Source: Polyangiaceae bacterium
GTDB lineage: Bacteria > Myxococcota_A > Polyangia > Polyangiales > Polyangiaceae
Assembly: GCA_033763455.1 (NCBI GenBank)
Contig: JANRKO010000006.1
Span: 544,001-608,000 of the forward strand
Direction of reading: 5' to 3'
Length of the DNA stretch: 64,000 nucleotides
Shown here: positions 27,563 through 37,432 of the stretch, in pieces
Position numbering within the stretch: position 1 is the first letter of the stretch
How the letters are laid out: every line of letters begins with the position of its first letter
Position numbers and translations under genes: made by a program
Notes under the pieces: generated by a model
The model's database searches: none
The model's input: the letters and a program-made list of their open reading frames with translations, nothing else
What the model was told of the DNA's origin: nothing

Positions 27563-30255
27563 ATGCTTATGATCGAGAATGGCAAGCTGTTGCCGTTCAG
27601 GTCGACGTAAACGTCGAACAGGGGCTCTCGCCTGAAGTTGCGGCTAGGCGTCTAGCCGAAGGTGGCCCGAATCTGCTCCCTCAGAAGAAGGCGCGCGGCT
27701 TTTGGAGCCGCCTGGTCGATCAGTTCCGTGATGCCACGGTGTTGGCGCTTTTGGCTGCGGCCGCCGTGGCGTTTGTTCTTGCCCTGCTCGACACCCAAGC
27801 ACAAGGCTGGGTGGAACGCTTTGGCGATGCCTTGGCGATAGTGGCGATCGTGGCATTAAACGCGGTTTTGGGCCTATGGCAGGAGCGAAAAGCGGAGACT
27901 GCCCTCTCGGCGCTTCAGAGCATGACGGCGCCTACGGCCAGGGTACTTCGAGGTGGAAGGGACCTCGTGTTACCCGCGTTAGAGGTGGTGGTCGGGGATG
28001 TTTTACTGTTGCGAACCGGCGCGCGCGTGGTGGCCGATGCTCGGCTGATAGAAGCAGCAGATCTGCAGATCACCGAGGCTTCGCTTACGGGGGAGTCGCT
28101 GCCTGTCGGTAAATTATCGAGCCAAGTGTTGCCCAGCGAAACGCCGCTCGCAGAACGCGCGAATATGGTCTTTAGCGGAACCCATGTGGTGAGTGGGAAT
28201 GCTCGCGCGCTGGTGGTGGCAACCGGGGCGCGAAGTGAGCTGGGCAAGATCGCCACTTTGCTCGGCAACGTTGAGGACTCGCAGACGCCATTGCAGCAGC
28301 AGCTTCAGCGATTTGGTACCCGCGTAGTGATAGGTTGTGTTGTTGTAGGGCTATTCGTCTTTGGCGTGGGGCTCCTGAAATACCAAGAATCACCTACATT
28401 CCTGTTTCTTACCGCCGTAAGCTTGGCGGTTGCCGCGATCCCCGAAGGCCTTCCCGCAATCACCACGATTGTGCTCGCCTTGGGCGTGCAAGCCATGGCC
28501 AAGCGCCATGCCCTGATTCGCCGCCTGAGTGCAGTCGAGGCGCTCGGCGCCGCTGATATCATCTGCACCGATAAAACCGGCACGATTACGCAAAACCGCA
28601 TGGAGGTCCGGCGGGTGTGGGTGCACGCCTGTGGCTCCGCGGATCTGGACGCCTCCCCGGCAACAGAGAAGTTAGGCGACTGGGCGCAGGCCGCCAAGCT
28701 TATTGCCGCATGCCAGTTCGTGGCGGAAGTGGGTACTAGCGAAGCGGGGAACGCTGTGGTGAGCAACCCAACGGATGCAGCACTCCACCGTCTGTTTTTG
28801 GAAAACAGAGCTCAATTGGAGCTCACTCCCACGGAGCGAGTTCGTGATTTTCCGTTCGACGGTGCGCGGAAGCTCGCCTCTCAGATCGTTCGCGAGAACG
28901 GAACCTTTGGTTTGTATTGTCACGGTGCGGCAGAACGCGTGGTCGAACGTGCAACGCATATCCTTGGGGAGAACGGGGCACTTGTTCCGTTGTCACCTAC
29001 GCTCTTGGCTCTCATTGATGAACGCACAGCTCTTTGGGCTGCGGAGGGGTTACGCGTGCTCGGCATCGGCTATCGTGAGCTTCCGGCAGATGTCGCTGAG
29101 CGGAGCACACTTCAGGCGAGCGATTTAGAGCAAGAGTTCGTTCTTTTGGGTCTGGTGGCGCTAGCCGATCCACCCAGGCCCGAGGCAAAAAATGCAGTTG
29201 CCACGGCTAAAATGGCGGGGCTCAGGATAATCATGATCACGGGTGACCATCCGCTCACCGCGCTCGCCATTGCCCGGGAAGTGGGGATAGCGGAGGCCGG
29301 GGACCAGGCGGTTACGGGTTCGGAAATTGAAAGCTGGTCAGACGCGATTCTTGTCCAGAAGCTAGATCAATTGTGTGTGGTTGCGCGAGCGACTGCTGGA
29401 ACGAAGCTGCGCCTAGTTCAAGCGTTGGGCGGCGCGGGCCACGTGGTGGCCATGACGGGTGACGGTGTGAACGACGCCCCCGCCATTAAGGCTGCCGGCA
29501 TTGGCATCGCGATGGGGCAAGGTGGTACCGATGTGGCGCGTGAGGCGGCGGACATGGTGCTCTCCGACGATAACTTTGCCACCATCATCCACGCGATCGA
29601 AGAAGGGCGGGTTATCTACGCCAATATCCAGCGCTTCATAGAGTTTCTGTTTGCCGCTAATGTGGGCTTGGTGTTTGCGGTTTTGGGAGCCGAAATTTTG
29701 GGTTGGCCACCTCTGCTCACACCCACGCAGATCCTTTGGATCAACTTGATCACTAATGGTTTGCCTGCACTTGCTCTTGGCATGGAGCCCGTTCATGGGG
29801 ACCCGATGAAGCAGCAACCTCGGGCGAAAAACGCGTCCATCCTAGAGCGCGTGGCACTCATTTCCGTGTTGGCATACGGAGCACTCATGGGCTTGCTGGG
29901 CCTTTTGGCGTTTGGCTACTACCACGATGCCCAGCTTGGCAACGTTGCCGAAGCCCGCACGGTGGCGTTCACGATCCTGGCGTTGTCGCCTCTATTTCAT
30001 GCCCTTACGGTTCGTTCGCGGTGGGTCTCCACATTTGCGCTAGGGTTTTTGTCCAACTGGCGGCTGATGGGAGCGTTTGTTGCCGCCGCGGTGCTCCAGG
30101 CCATCGCTGTCTACGTGCCGTGGATGGGAGCTGTGTTCGATACTGCGCCTCTCAGCCAACAGGATGTCGCCGTGTGTCTGCTCCTTGGGCTGAGCGTGTG
30201 GGTGGTAGGCGAAGGAGTGAAGTTGTGGGGGCGAATGCTGCGGCGGGCCTCATGA
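27559..30255 (+). CDS. P2-type cation-transporting ATPase
   Basis: TGES, IPEGLP, DKTGT, TGDH, GDGVND; about 10 TM. Confidence 0.93.
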   Translation: MNAYDREWQAVAVQVDVNVEQGLSPEVAARRLAEGGPNLLPQKKARGFWSRLVDQFRDATVLALLAAAAVAFVLALLDTQAQGWVERFGDALAIVAIVALNAVLGLWQERKAETALSALQSMTAPTARVLRGGRDLVLPALEVVVGDVLLLRTGARVVADARLIEAADLQITEASLTGESLPVGKLSSQVLPSETPLAERANMVFSGTHVVSGNARALVVATGARSELGKIATLLGNVEDSQTPLQQQLQRFGTRVVIGCVVVGLFVFGVGLLKYQESPTFLFLTAVSLAVAAIPEGLPAITTIVLALGVQAMAKRHALIRRLSAVEALGAADIICTDKTGTITQNRMEVRRVWVHACGSADLDASPATEKLGDWAQAAKLIAACQFVAEVGTSEAGNAVVSNPTDAALHRLFLENRAQLELTPTERVRDFPFDGARKLASQIVRENGTFGLYCHGAAERVVERATHILGENGALVPLSPTLLALIDERTALWAAEGLRVLGIGYRELPADVAERSTLQASDLEQEFVLLGLVALADPPRPEAKNAVATAKMAGLRIIMITGDHPLTALAIAREVGIAEAGDQAVTGSEIESWSDAILVQKLDQLCVVARATAGTKLRLVQALGGAGHVVAMTGDGVNDAPAIKAAGIGIAMGQGGTDVAREAADMVLSDDNFATIIHAIEEGRVIYANIQRFIEFLFAANVGLVFAVLGAEILGWPPLLTPTQILWINLITNGLPALALGMEPVHGDPMKQQPRAKNASILERVALISVLAYGALMGLLGLLAFGYYHDAQLGNVAEARTVAFTILALSPLFHALTVRSRWVSTFALGFLSNWRLMGAFVAAAVLQAIAVYVPWMGAVFDTAPLSQQDVAVCLLLGLSVWVVGEGVKLWGRMLRRAS

Positions 30256-30319
30256 AGTTGCTGCGAACGTGGGGGCGAATACTGAGGTGGGCCCCATGAA
30301 GTTGCTGCGAACGTGGGGG
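30225..30319 (+). repeat. 44-bp tandem duplication at the ATPase/EEP gene junction
   Basis: 30225-30268 vs 30269-30312, 40/44 identical, followed by a third GTGGGGG. Confidence 0.9.
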
Positions 30320-31396
30320 TTACTGGGTGGGCTCCTGGCGTGGGTTTGGGGCTGTCAGAATTCCCCGAGCGCTGTGATTCAGGTGGAGCCGGCCAATCTT
30401 CCAAGTAGTACTTCGTCGATGGTCGAGGCGAACGCACCGCCTGAATCTCTGCGCGAAATTTGGCAGTCGCCTCAGGCTTGTCAGAGCTACTTCAAAACCC
30501 GCCCCGTACGCGATCCGGTGCCGCGCATCGCAACTTGGAATTTGCGCTGGTTCCCAGATGGTACGCCCGAGGCGAAGCCTTCTGGGGGAACGGACTTGAA
30601 CTGGTTGGCCTGCGTCCTTTCAAGCCTTGAATTGGATGTTGTAGCGGTTCAGGAAGTAAAGCGTACGGCGTTGGCGCAGCAAGCTATGACGCAACTCCTC
30701 GGTGCCTTGAAGCAACTCTCGGGTGCAACGTACGCGCTGGAGCTAGATCGTTGCCCGCTGGATGACGACGCGCACGTGGGGTTTCTCTACAACACGGCTC
30801 GCGTATCGATTGCCAAGTTGCAGGATTATCCTTCGCTGAATCCTTACGGTGTTTCGTGCGAAGGGCGCCTGCGCACCGGCTTTGGGGGTTACGTCAAGAT
30901 CGCGGGAGGGCCTGATTTGAGCCTTCTTAGCGTACATTTAAAGAGCGGCCCAGATCAGCGGAGCTACACGCTGCGGCGGCGTTCCTTGGCGGGCATGAAG
31001 GACGTTTTTGCGAACGCTAACGCCGCCCAACCTGATGGGGACGTGTTGGTGCTGGGGGATTTCAATACCATGGGCTGTGAGGATTGCGCGCCGCTCATCA
31101 CTGGGGCTGACGAACGGGAAGTGCTAGCCGGCGAACTCGGTGCGTTGGTGCCGCGCTTTCACAGGCTTCCGACCGATCTTTCGTGCAGTGAATATTATGC
31201 CAACGGCCCAAGCTTGTTAGATCATATCGTGGCAGCTGAGCCATTTGAAGAATTTCCAAAGGATGGCAGGGCGACCGTGTCGGGGTATTGTGCGGAAGCA
31301 AAATGCGCTGCGTTTTCAACACCCCCCGCGGCTTACACGGCGCTCAGTGATCATTGCCCCATAGTGATGGAGTTGGCGGCCGAGGATCGCGATTAG
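30296..31396 (+). CDS. Endonuclease/exonuclease/phosphatase (EEP) family lipoprotein
   Basis: VWGC lipobox, ATWNL, VQEV, HLKS, LGDFN, LDHI, SDHCP. Confidence 0.88.
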   Translation: MKLLRTWGLLGGLLAWVWGCQNSPSAVIQVEPANLPSSTSSMVEANAPPESLREIWQSPQACQSYFKTRPVRDPVPRIATWNLRWFPDGTPEAKPSGGTDLNWLACVLSSLELDVVAVQEVKRTALAQQAMTQLLGALKQLSGATYALELDRCPLDDDAHVGFLYNTARVSIAKLQDYPSLNPYGVSCEGRLRTGFGGYVKIAGGPDLSLLSVHLKSGPDQRSYTLRRRSLAGMKDVFANANAAQPDGDVLVLGDFNTMGCEDCAPLITGADEREVLAGELGALVPRFHRLPTDLSCSEYYANGPSLLDHIVAAEPFEEFPKDGRATVSGYCAEAKCAAFSTPPAAYTALSDHCPIVMELAAEDRD

Positions 31397-31460
31397 CCCC
31401 GCCCTGGCGCTTGCCACAGGCATTGTGGAGCTTCTACGCTTGCGGGCAGAGGCCTTGCGC

Positions 31461-31874
31461 ATGAAATATTGGTTGGCGAAAAGTGAACCCGATGTTTATT
31501 CCTGGGACACGCTAGTGCGAGACAAAAAGGGCACCTGGGATGGCGTACGCAATTTTTCTGCGAGGAATAACCTGCGAGCGATGTCCCGTGGGGACCTCGT
31601 TTTGTTCTATCACTCCAACATCGGCAAAGAGGTCGTGGGCGTCGCGAAGGTAACTAGGGAGCATTACCCGGACCAAACCGCGACCACGGGTGATTGGTCG
31701 GTGGTGGACGTGGCTCCCGTGAAGGCACTGAACAAGCCCGTCACGCTCGCTCAAATCAAAGCAGACCCAAAGTTCCAGGACATGCTCTTGGTGTCGCGTT
31801 CGCGCCTGAGCGTGATGCCGGTCTCAGAAGAACACTTCCTACGGGTGTTGAGCCTCGGAGAAACGAAACTGTAA
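31461..31874 (+). CDS. EVE domain protein
   Basis: YWLAKSEP, WDGVRN..ARN, FYHS, RLSV.PV. Confidence 0.93.
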   Translation: MKYWLAKSEPDVYSWDTLVRDKKGTWDGVRNFSARNNLRAMSRGDLVLFYHSNIGKEVVGVAKVTREHYPDQTATTGDWSVVDVAPVKALNKPVTLAQIKADPKFQDMLLVSRSRLSVMPVSEEHFLRVLSLGETKL

Positions 31875-31876
31875 GT

Positions 31877-32113
31877 TTACGCTTGAACTTTTTTTGTTTT
31901 CTTAGCTGGCGTGGCGCTCGTGGGTTCTTCATCACGGCTCTCACCGAGGTCAATGAGCGTACTCAGCGCCTCAATTTCCCGCTTAGTCTGGATCTCACGC
32001 TGGCGAATCGCCTTGAGCTCCGTTTCGACACGGCGTTGATCAGCTTCGATCTGCCGCAAAGCTTCCTTCAGTTTGTCGCGCTCGGCTTTGAGGGATTGGA
32101 GTTCTAGAGCCAC
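31877..32113 (-). CDS. Small coiled-coil hypothetical protein
   Basis: 78 aa, continuous heptad pattern, Lys-rich tail. Confidence 0.65.
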   Translation of the reverse strand: MALELQSLKAERDKLKEALRQIEADQRRVETELKAIRQREIQTKREIEALSTLIDLGESRDEEPTSATPAKKTKKVQA

Positions 32114-32241
32114 GCTCTATGGTTAGCAGATGCGCGCGGGGCGCGTGAAGGGGGGAGCCGATGTCCGTTTTGCTGCCAGCCCGACCAGCCATAGAATGCG
32201 AGAAAGTTGAGGTCGCGGCGGGGGCCGTTTGGCCGAACAAC

Positions 32242-33315
32242 TCAGTCTTGCCAGACGACGCGGTTCCGCCCCAGAGCCTTGGCCTGGTAGAGCCGCCTGT
32301 CCGCTATCTCAAGGAGTGCGCTTGCGCTCGTCTCAGGTGCCGCGCCGAGCGTGGCGCAACCAACGCTGACTGTTACGGGGATGGTGGCGCCCGCAGCCAG
32401 GCAAGGCACAGCACCGATGGTAGCGCGAATGCGTTCACCTACGCGCACGGCGCCGGCCTCATCAATGCCGCGCAAAATGACCACGAATTCCTCCCCACCG
32501 AAACGCGCGAATACGTCCTCTGTGCGTAGCCGCTGCGCAATAGCGCGAGCAACCTGCCGGAGCACAGCATCCCCCGCTGGGTGACCCCATGTGTCATTGA
32601 CGCGTTTGAAGTGATCCACGTCCGCTAACAGCAGGGAAATAGGTGCCTTGTGGCGGCGAGCGAACGCGATTTCTGCCACCAGGCGTTCATCGAAGTGTTT
32701 TCTGTTGAAGGCGCCGGTGAGTGCGTCCTTAGTGCTGGCCTCATAGAGCTCGCGGAGAACCTGTTCGTGTCGGGCATCAATCTGGCTGTAGCGAAAGCAG
32801 ATCCGTGGGCCAAATTGCAGCCAGTCGCCGTCCTGTAGCACGGCGCGTACAATCTTCTTTCCCATTACGAAGGTGCCGTTTGCCGAACCCAGGTCCAAGA
32901 CCTCGTGGGTTGCTCCGACGCGCCGAATGCGAGCGTGTTGGCGACTGATTCCGGCGTCATCAATGGCTATGCCGTTGCAGGCGTGACGCCCCAGCACCAC
33001 GTCGTCCGCGTCAATGGACTGCACCTGACCTGCAGTGATGCCGTCCATTCTCATTAAGACCGCACGGATCTGTGCTCTGCGAACTGGACGCATAGCCAAG
33101 GCGTCCACCTCGTTCGATTCGATTTGGGTGTCGAGCTCTTGCACCTCGGAGAAGCTCGGATCTTCGGCCGCGAAGGCGAACCTATCGTGCTCGTCCGGTA
33201 GGCGCACAACGGCCATCTGCGGCTCGGTGACCGTCCCCGTGTGGCCTTGCGCCAGCCTTTCCTGTGAGCGGTGGCTAGCTCCTGGGGCCGCCGACGCGCG
33301 CTTTTCAGGTTTCAC
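32242..33315 (-). CDS. FHA-domain diguanylate cyclase
   Basis: FHA (LGR, ISRQHA, GSANGT), DALTGAFNR, DVDHFKRVND, RTED I-site, GGEEF. Confidence 0.93.
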   Translation of the reverse strand: MKPEKRASAAPGASHRSQERLAQGHTGTVTEPQMAVVRLPDEHDRFAFAAEDPSFSEVQELDTQIESNEVDALAMRPVRRAQIRAVLMRMDGITAGQVQSIDADDVVLGRHACNGIAIDDAGISRQHARIRRVGATHEVLDLGSANGTFVMGKKIVRAVLQDGDWLQFGPRICFRYSQIDARHEQVLRELYEASTKDALTGAFNRKHFDERLVAEIAFARRHKAPISLLLADVDHFKRVNDTWGHPAGDAVLRQVARAIAQRLRTEDVFARFGGEEFVVILRGIDEAGAVRVGERIRATIGAVPCLAAGATIPVTVSVGCATLGAAPETSASALLEIADRRLYQAKALGRNRVVWQD

Positions 33316-34631
33316 CCCGAAACCTCGGGAAATGGCCGGCCTGGCTTGGCGAACAGGAAGCCTTGCAGAAGATCGCAGCCGAGCTCAATGAGCACGTCGC
33401 GTTCTTCGGGGACCTCTACGCCCTCGGCGACAACCAACATGCCCATGTCCTGAGAAAGCGTGGTCATGGAACGCACCACCTTCTGCTTAGTGGAATTCTT
33501 GTGCACGTCGCGGATCAAAGACATATCCAGCTTTACAATCTCGGGCTCGAGCTGCGCGAAGCTGGAGAGGCCTGCGTAGCCTGCGCCCATATCATCGACG
33601 GCGATGCGGTAGCCCATTTCGCGTAGTTCGGCCACGCGGTTTCTGGCATCGGCAACTTCATTGATGGAAGCGCGTTCGGTAATTTCCAAGATCACGCGGT
33701 GCGCCACTTTTGCAAGCGGAGTGTTCGGATCTACAAGCAACGGATCTACGAGATCCGTCACGTGAAGATTCACGAACAACATAGCGTCGGGCTGGGCGCC
33801 GAGGGGGGCCGGCGCTAGTTCTCGTACGCGCCTTCCTAGAAGCTGGAGTGCCCCTAATCGATCCGCCGCATCGAGCATCGCACCTGGGTGCGGAAGTGTT
33901 GGCTCGGTGCTGCGCATAAGGGCTTCGTAGCCATAAATGGCGCGTGTTTTCGACACCAAGATTGGCTGATAGGCGATCCAGAGGTTTTCGAGCGCCCGCT
34001 CAAAGCTCGCTTCAAGGCCCGCACGGTCGGCAGCGAGCATGCCACCGTTGCCAAGGAGCTCAGCGGCTTGTTGTTTCAGCCGCGCCATGCGGTGAACCTG
34101 CACGGCGCGCTGGATTTCCTTCTCAACCACCTGTGGGTTCAAGGGTTTCGTGAGGTAGAGCAGTGCGCCGTATTCAAGTGCCGAGATTGCCGTGCTCACC
34201 GAAGGGTCACCCGTCATGAGGATTACGGGTACGTGCAAATCGTGCTCGCGTACTTCCCGAAGCAGCTGGATGCCATCCATGTTCGGCATCGAAATATCGC
34301 TCATGATGACGTCGAAACGAGCCTTGTCCGCACAAGATACCGCGTCCGCACCATTGCTAGCGGTCGTCACGTCGTAGCCTGCAGTCTCCAAAACGCGCAG
34401 CAAGCTCTTTAGAACATGGGGGTCGTCATCGACGAGAAGCACGCGGGGTGGGGTCGCTTTCACCTTTTCTCCGGATCCAGGCACAATAGAATCCTTTTTT
34501 GACGAAGGCGGCGCAGACATGGAGCTCTTCATGCGCGGCTCCGAGCGCAAAGCACGGATCACTTCCATCGGCGAGAGCGCTTCTACAGCGACCTGCTTTA
34601 CCGAATGTCTTTCGTCGGACTTGGAGCTCAC
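33312..34631 (-). CDS. Receiver + EAL c-di-GMP phosphodiesterase
   Basis: LLVDDD, SDISMP, YQPI, YEALMR, EITE, DDMGAGY, AEGVE, QGF; start uncertain (ORF open from 34805). Confidence 0.9.
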   Translation of the reverse strand: MSSKSDERHSVKQVAVEALSPMEVIRALRSEPRMKSSMSAPPSSKKDSIVPGSGEKVKATPPRVLLVDDDPHVLKSLLRVLETAGYDVTTASNGADAVSCADKARFDVIMSDISMPNMDGIQLLREVREHDLHVPVILMTGDPSVSTAISALEYGALLYLTKPLNPQVVEKEIQRAVQVHRMARLKQQAAELLGNGGMLAADRAGLEASFERALENLWIAYQPILVSKTRAIYGYEALMRSTEPTLPHPGAMLDAADRLGALQLLGRRVRELAPAPLGAQPDAMLFVNLHVTDLVDPLLVDPNTPLAKVAHRVILEITERASINEVADARNRVAELREMGYRIAVDDMGAGYAGLSSFAQLEPEIVKLDMSLIRDVHKNSTKQKVVRSMTTLSQDMGMLVVAEGVEVPEERDVLIELGCDLLQGFLFAKPGRPFPEVSG

Positions 34632-34831
34632 AGGATTGCGTTCATTAGACGAGGGGAGGGGAAGGGGAATTGCTGATTCGGCTCTGCATGTCATGAGGAG
34701 ACCCCGCCTTTGGACGTTTGATGACCGAGGGTTGCAATGGACACCGGTAGAGGCCTTTAGGTGTTGTCTTCGTGAACGGGCCGGTCCGGGAGCTACTGCA
34801 GACAAAAGAGTCGTTGAGTCTGTCCGGCCCG

Positions 34832-35200
34832 CTATTGCGGGGAAGTTGGCTTTACAGGCTCCATCACCAGCGTCCCATTCCTAGAAACCCGGTAGTAGCG
34901 TCTGTGGGTTTTTTGGCGCGCCCCTCGCACTTCCCGCGTTAGGTAATCGAGCGGGTTGAGTCGCTCTTGGGTGTTAGGTCGCTGGTCAACCTTCATCAAC
35001 CGCGCGCCCTCCGGAAGCGGCACCTTGAGGCGCTGTGCCCACACAGTACCCGATGCGCGTTCCAGGGATTCACATACAGTTCCATCTAACTCTTTCGGAT
35101 GCGTCCAGCATCCCTTGAACCAGACAAACCACACTACCTTCTGGGTTCCGTGTGGGGTCACGGCCTCGCTTTCGGTGAGCTCTACGAGCAGATCGTTCAA
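34832..35200 (-). CDS. Hypothetical protein
   Basis: 122 aa ORF co-oriented between NUDIX and EAL genes. Confidence 0.55.
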   Translation of the reverse strand: MNDLLVELTESEAVTPHGTQKVVWFVWFKGCWTHPKELDGTVCESLERASGTVWAQRLKVPLPEGARLMKVDQRPNTQERLNPLDYLTREVRGARQKTHRRYYRVSRNGTLVMEPVKPTSPQ

Positions 35201-35227
35201 AGCATCATCCCAAACGTAGGTGTCACC

Positions 35228-35728
35228 CTACTCCCATGTCACACGGCCACTCCGCGCGTGCTCCAAGATGTCGCTCATTCCGTGCGAGAGATTATTCGGA
35301 AGTGCATCGGTCTCGAACAAGCTCACTTCCTTGACTTCTAGTGCGTTCATCGGCGCGCATTCTGGAGTGCTGACATCGGCGTACACGACGACTGTAACTG
35401 CGTGAAAGCGAAAATCACGAGCCGGATCTGAATAGACCCCCGCAAGCGTTCCCAAACGCAGCACACGGCAGCCGGTTTCCTCGAAGAGCTCACGTTCGAT
35501 CGAAGTGCGCAACGTTTCACCCCATTCGAGCGTGCCACCGGGCAGTGCCCACAACCCCGTGTCGCCGCGACGGATGAGCACCCAACGGCCATCCGGGGTG
35601 CGCGCAGCTGCGAGAATGCCCACTACCGGACGCCGCAGGACATGACGTCCGACCTCTTTGATGATACCCCAGACTCCGCGCGCGATTGCCACAGTTAGAG
35701 AGCATGCCGGATCGAGTCCTGAAATCAT
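35228..35728 (-). CDS. NUDIX hydrolase
   Basis: WALPGG..EWGE......RELFEETG Nudix box; start uncertain. Confidence 0.9.
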   Translation of the reverse strand: MISGLDPACSLTVAIARGVWGIIKEVGRHVLRRPVVGILAAARTPDGRWVLIRRGDTGLWALPGGTLEWGETLRTSIERELFEETGCRVLRLGTLAGVYSDPARDFRFHAVTVVVYADVSTPECAPMNALEVKEVSLFETDALPNNLSHGMSDILEHARSGRVTWE

Positions 35729-35796
35729 CCCTCTCGAAGTTTTTGCGACCTTCTCCGCGGTTCGAGCGGCCACGCTGCTCCTCGGGCCGACAGCTG

Positions 35797-37281
35797 ATGC
35801 TCGGGCCTCTGCTCGGCTTGGCTGCCTTGAGCAGTTGTTCCCACCTAGAGCCCCCGGGCGCACGCGATGCCAAGACCAGTGTCACGGTACGTGCGCCGCA
35901 CTCCAACCTAGCCGGAGCCGCGGGGAACTCCGAGCTCGACGCCGCTCTGCCATTCGTTCCAACCGGCACCAAGCTTGCCAGCATTGCGTGGCGAACGTGG
36001 ATCTACACAGACACGACACCGAAACGCACTCGCTACGGCTATCTCCGCATGGGTGAAGTGGTCGATGCGCGCGGCCCCGAAGCGGTGAACGATGGTTGTC
36101 GGGGCGGTTGGTATCGCGTGAACCCACGCGGCTTCGTGTGCCTGGGAAAGGGTGCCACCTTAGATTTGAACGATCCGTTGCTCCCGATGTCGGCAGTGCG
36201 CCCCGTACGTGGTCAATCGCTGCCGTACCGTTACGTTCGCGCTGGGGATCCGCCGCCGCTTCTCTATTTCAAGCTTCCTTCGGCACGCCAATGGACGGAA
36301 ATCGAAGGTGATCGCAGTGGGCGAATCGCGATCTGGAAAGAGCGCGTCGAGCGCATGTTTCCAGGCTATTTGGCCTCCCTGGGTACGGCTCCCCCGTTCC
36401 TGTTAAATGGCGCGAGCCTAGTGAAGCCGTACGGTGTGAAGCAACCGCTCAGGTATCAGCTCCATGCCGGGCGCGCAGGGCGAGAGGGTGGCTTCGCGTT
36501 GCAGAGCGTCTTTACGCACGAGGGGCGCGTTTTTGGACTTACAACCGAGCACGATCTGATTGCTTTAGACAACACCGAGCCCGCAACCGAAAGTGCCCTT
36601 GCTGGCGTACAACTTCAAAAAGGGGAGGATTTGCCGGTCGGCTTTGTGAAGTTGCCTATGGCTACTCGTTACGAACTCCTGCCAAATGGCGAGATGCGCG
36701 TAACGGAAGCCTTGCCCAAACGAACCGCGGTGAAGTTGTCTGGCAAAAAACGCCAAGCCTTCTACGAGCTCACCGATGGGTCGTACGTGCCGGCGGAGGC
36801 ACTCTTGGTTGTTCCGAAGAGGGATACGTTTGCCAGTTTCGCGACCGGGACGCGCAAGTGGATCGACGTGTCGATTCTCTCACAGACTCTGGTGGCGTAT
36901 GAGGGGCGGCACCCAGCCTATGTAACGCTCGTGAGCACTGGCCGCGGTGTGTTAGCCGACCCGGAAACAACGCTGGCTACGGTTACCGGTACCTTCATGA
37001 TTCACACCAAACACATAACAGCCACTATGGACGGCGACGAAGATCGCGCTGATTCTTTAGAGCTCCGAGATGTGCCTTTTGTCCAATATTTCCACAAAGG
37101 TTACGCTTTCCACGGCGTGTATTGGCATGATGATTTCGGCAAGGTGAGAAGCCACGGCTGTATCAACCTAGCCCCCCGTGATGCGGCCTGGCTCTTCGAT
37201 TGGACCGACCCGCAGCTCCCCCAGGGGTGGCACTCGGTTATCAATTTGGAGCGCGGGACGGTGGTGTTGATCCATCCTTAG
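35797..37281 (+). CDS. L,D-transpeptidase (YkuD) lipoprotein
   Basis: LSSC lipobox, VSTG, FHGVYWH...SHGCINL; ORF open from 35686. Confidence 0.88.
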   Translation: MLGPLLGLAALSSCSHLEPPGARDAKTSVTVRAPHSNLAGAAGNSELDAALPFVPTGTKLASIAWRTWIYTDTTPKRTRYGYLRMGEVVDARGPEAVNDGCRGGWYRVNPRGFVCLGKGATLDLNDPLLPMSAVRPVRGQSLPYRYVRAGDPPPLLYFKLPSARQWTEIEGDRSGRIAIWKERVERMFPGYLASLGTAPPFLLNGASLVKPYGVKQPLRYQLHAGRAGREGGFALQSVFTHEGRVFGLTTEHDLIALDNTEPATESALAGVQLQKGEDLPVGFVKLPMATRYELLPNGEMRVTEALPKRTAVKLSGKKRQAFYELTDGSYVPAEALLVVPKRDTFASFATGTRKWIDVSILSQTLVAYEGRHPAYVTLVSTGRGVLADPETTLATVTGTFMIHTKHITATMDGDEDRADSLELRDVPFVQYFHKGYAFHGVYWHDDFGKVRSHGCINLAPRDAAWLFDWTDPQLPQGWHSVINLERGTVVLIHP

Positions 37282-37432
37282 TGGATCGGTTCAAGGTGCT
37301 TGAGCTTGGGGACTTCGACGCCAACCCCGCGCCGTGCCTCTGCCGTGCGTCACCGTAGGTTACGGCCAAACAACAAAAACCCCAATATTCCGATGTTGCC
37401 TGAGCCAATGCCTCAAATGGCCGCGTAGGGGG

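Noticed and set aside
30296..31874. EEP nuclease + EVE as a modification-dependent restriction system
   Set aside because: The EEP protein has a lipoprotein signal (extracytoplasmic) while EVE is cytoplasmic; no other defence genes nearby
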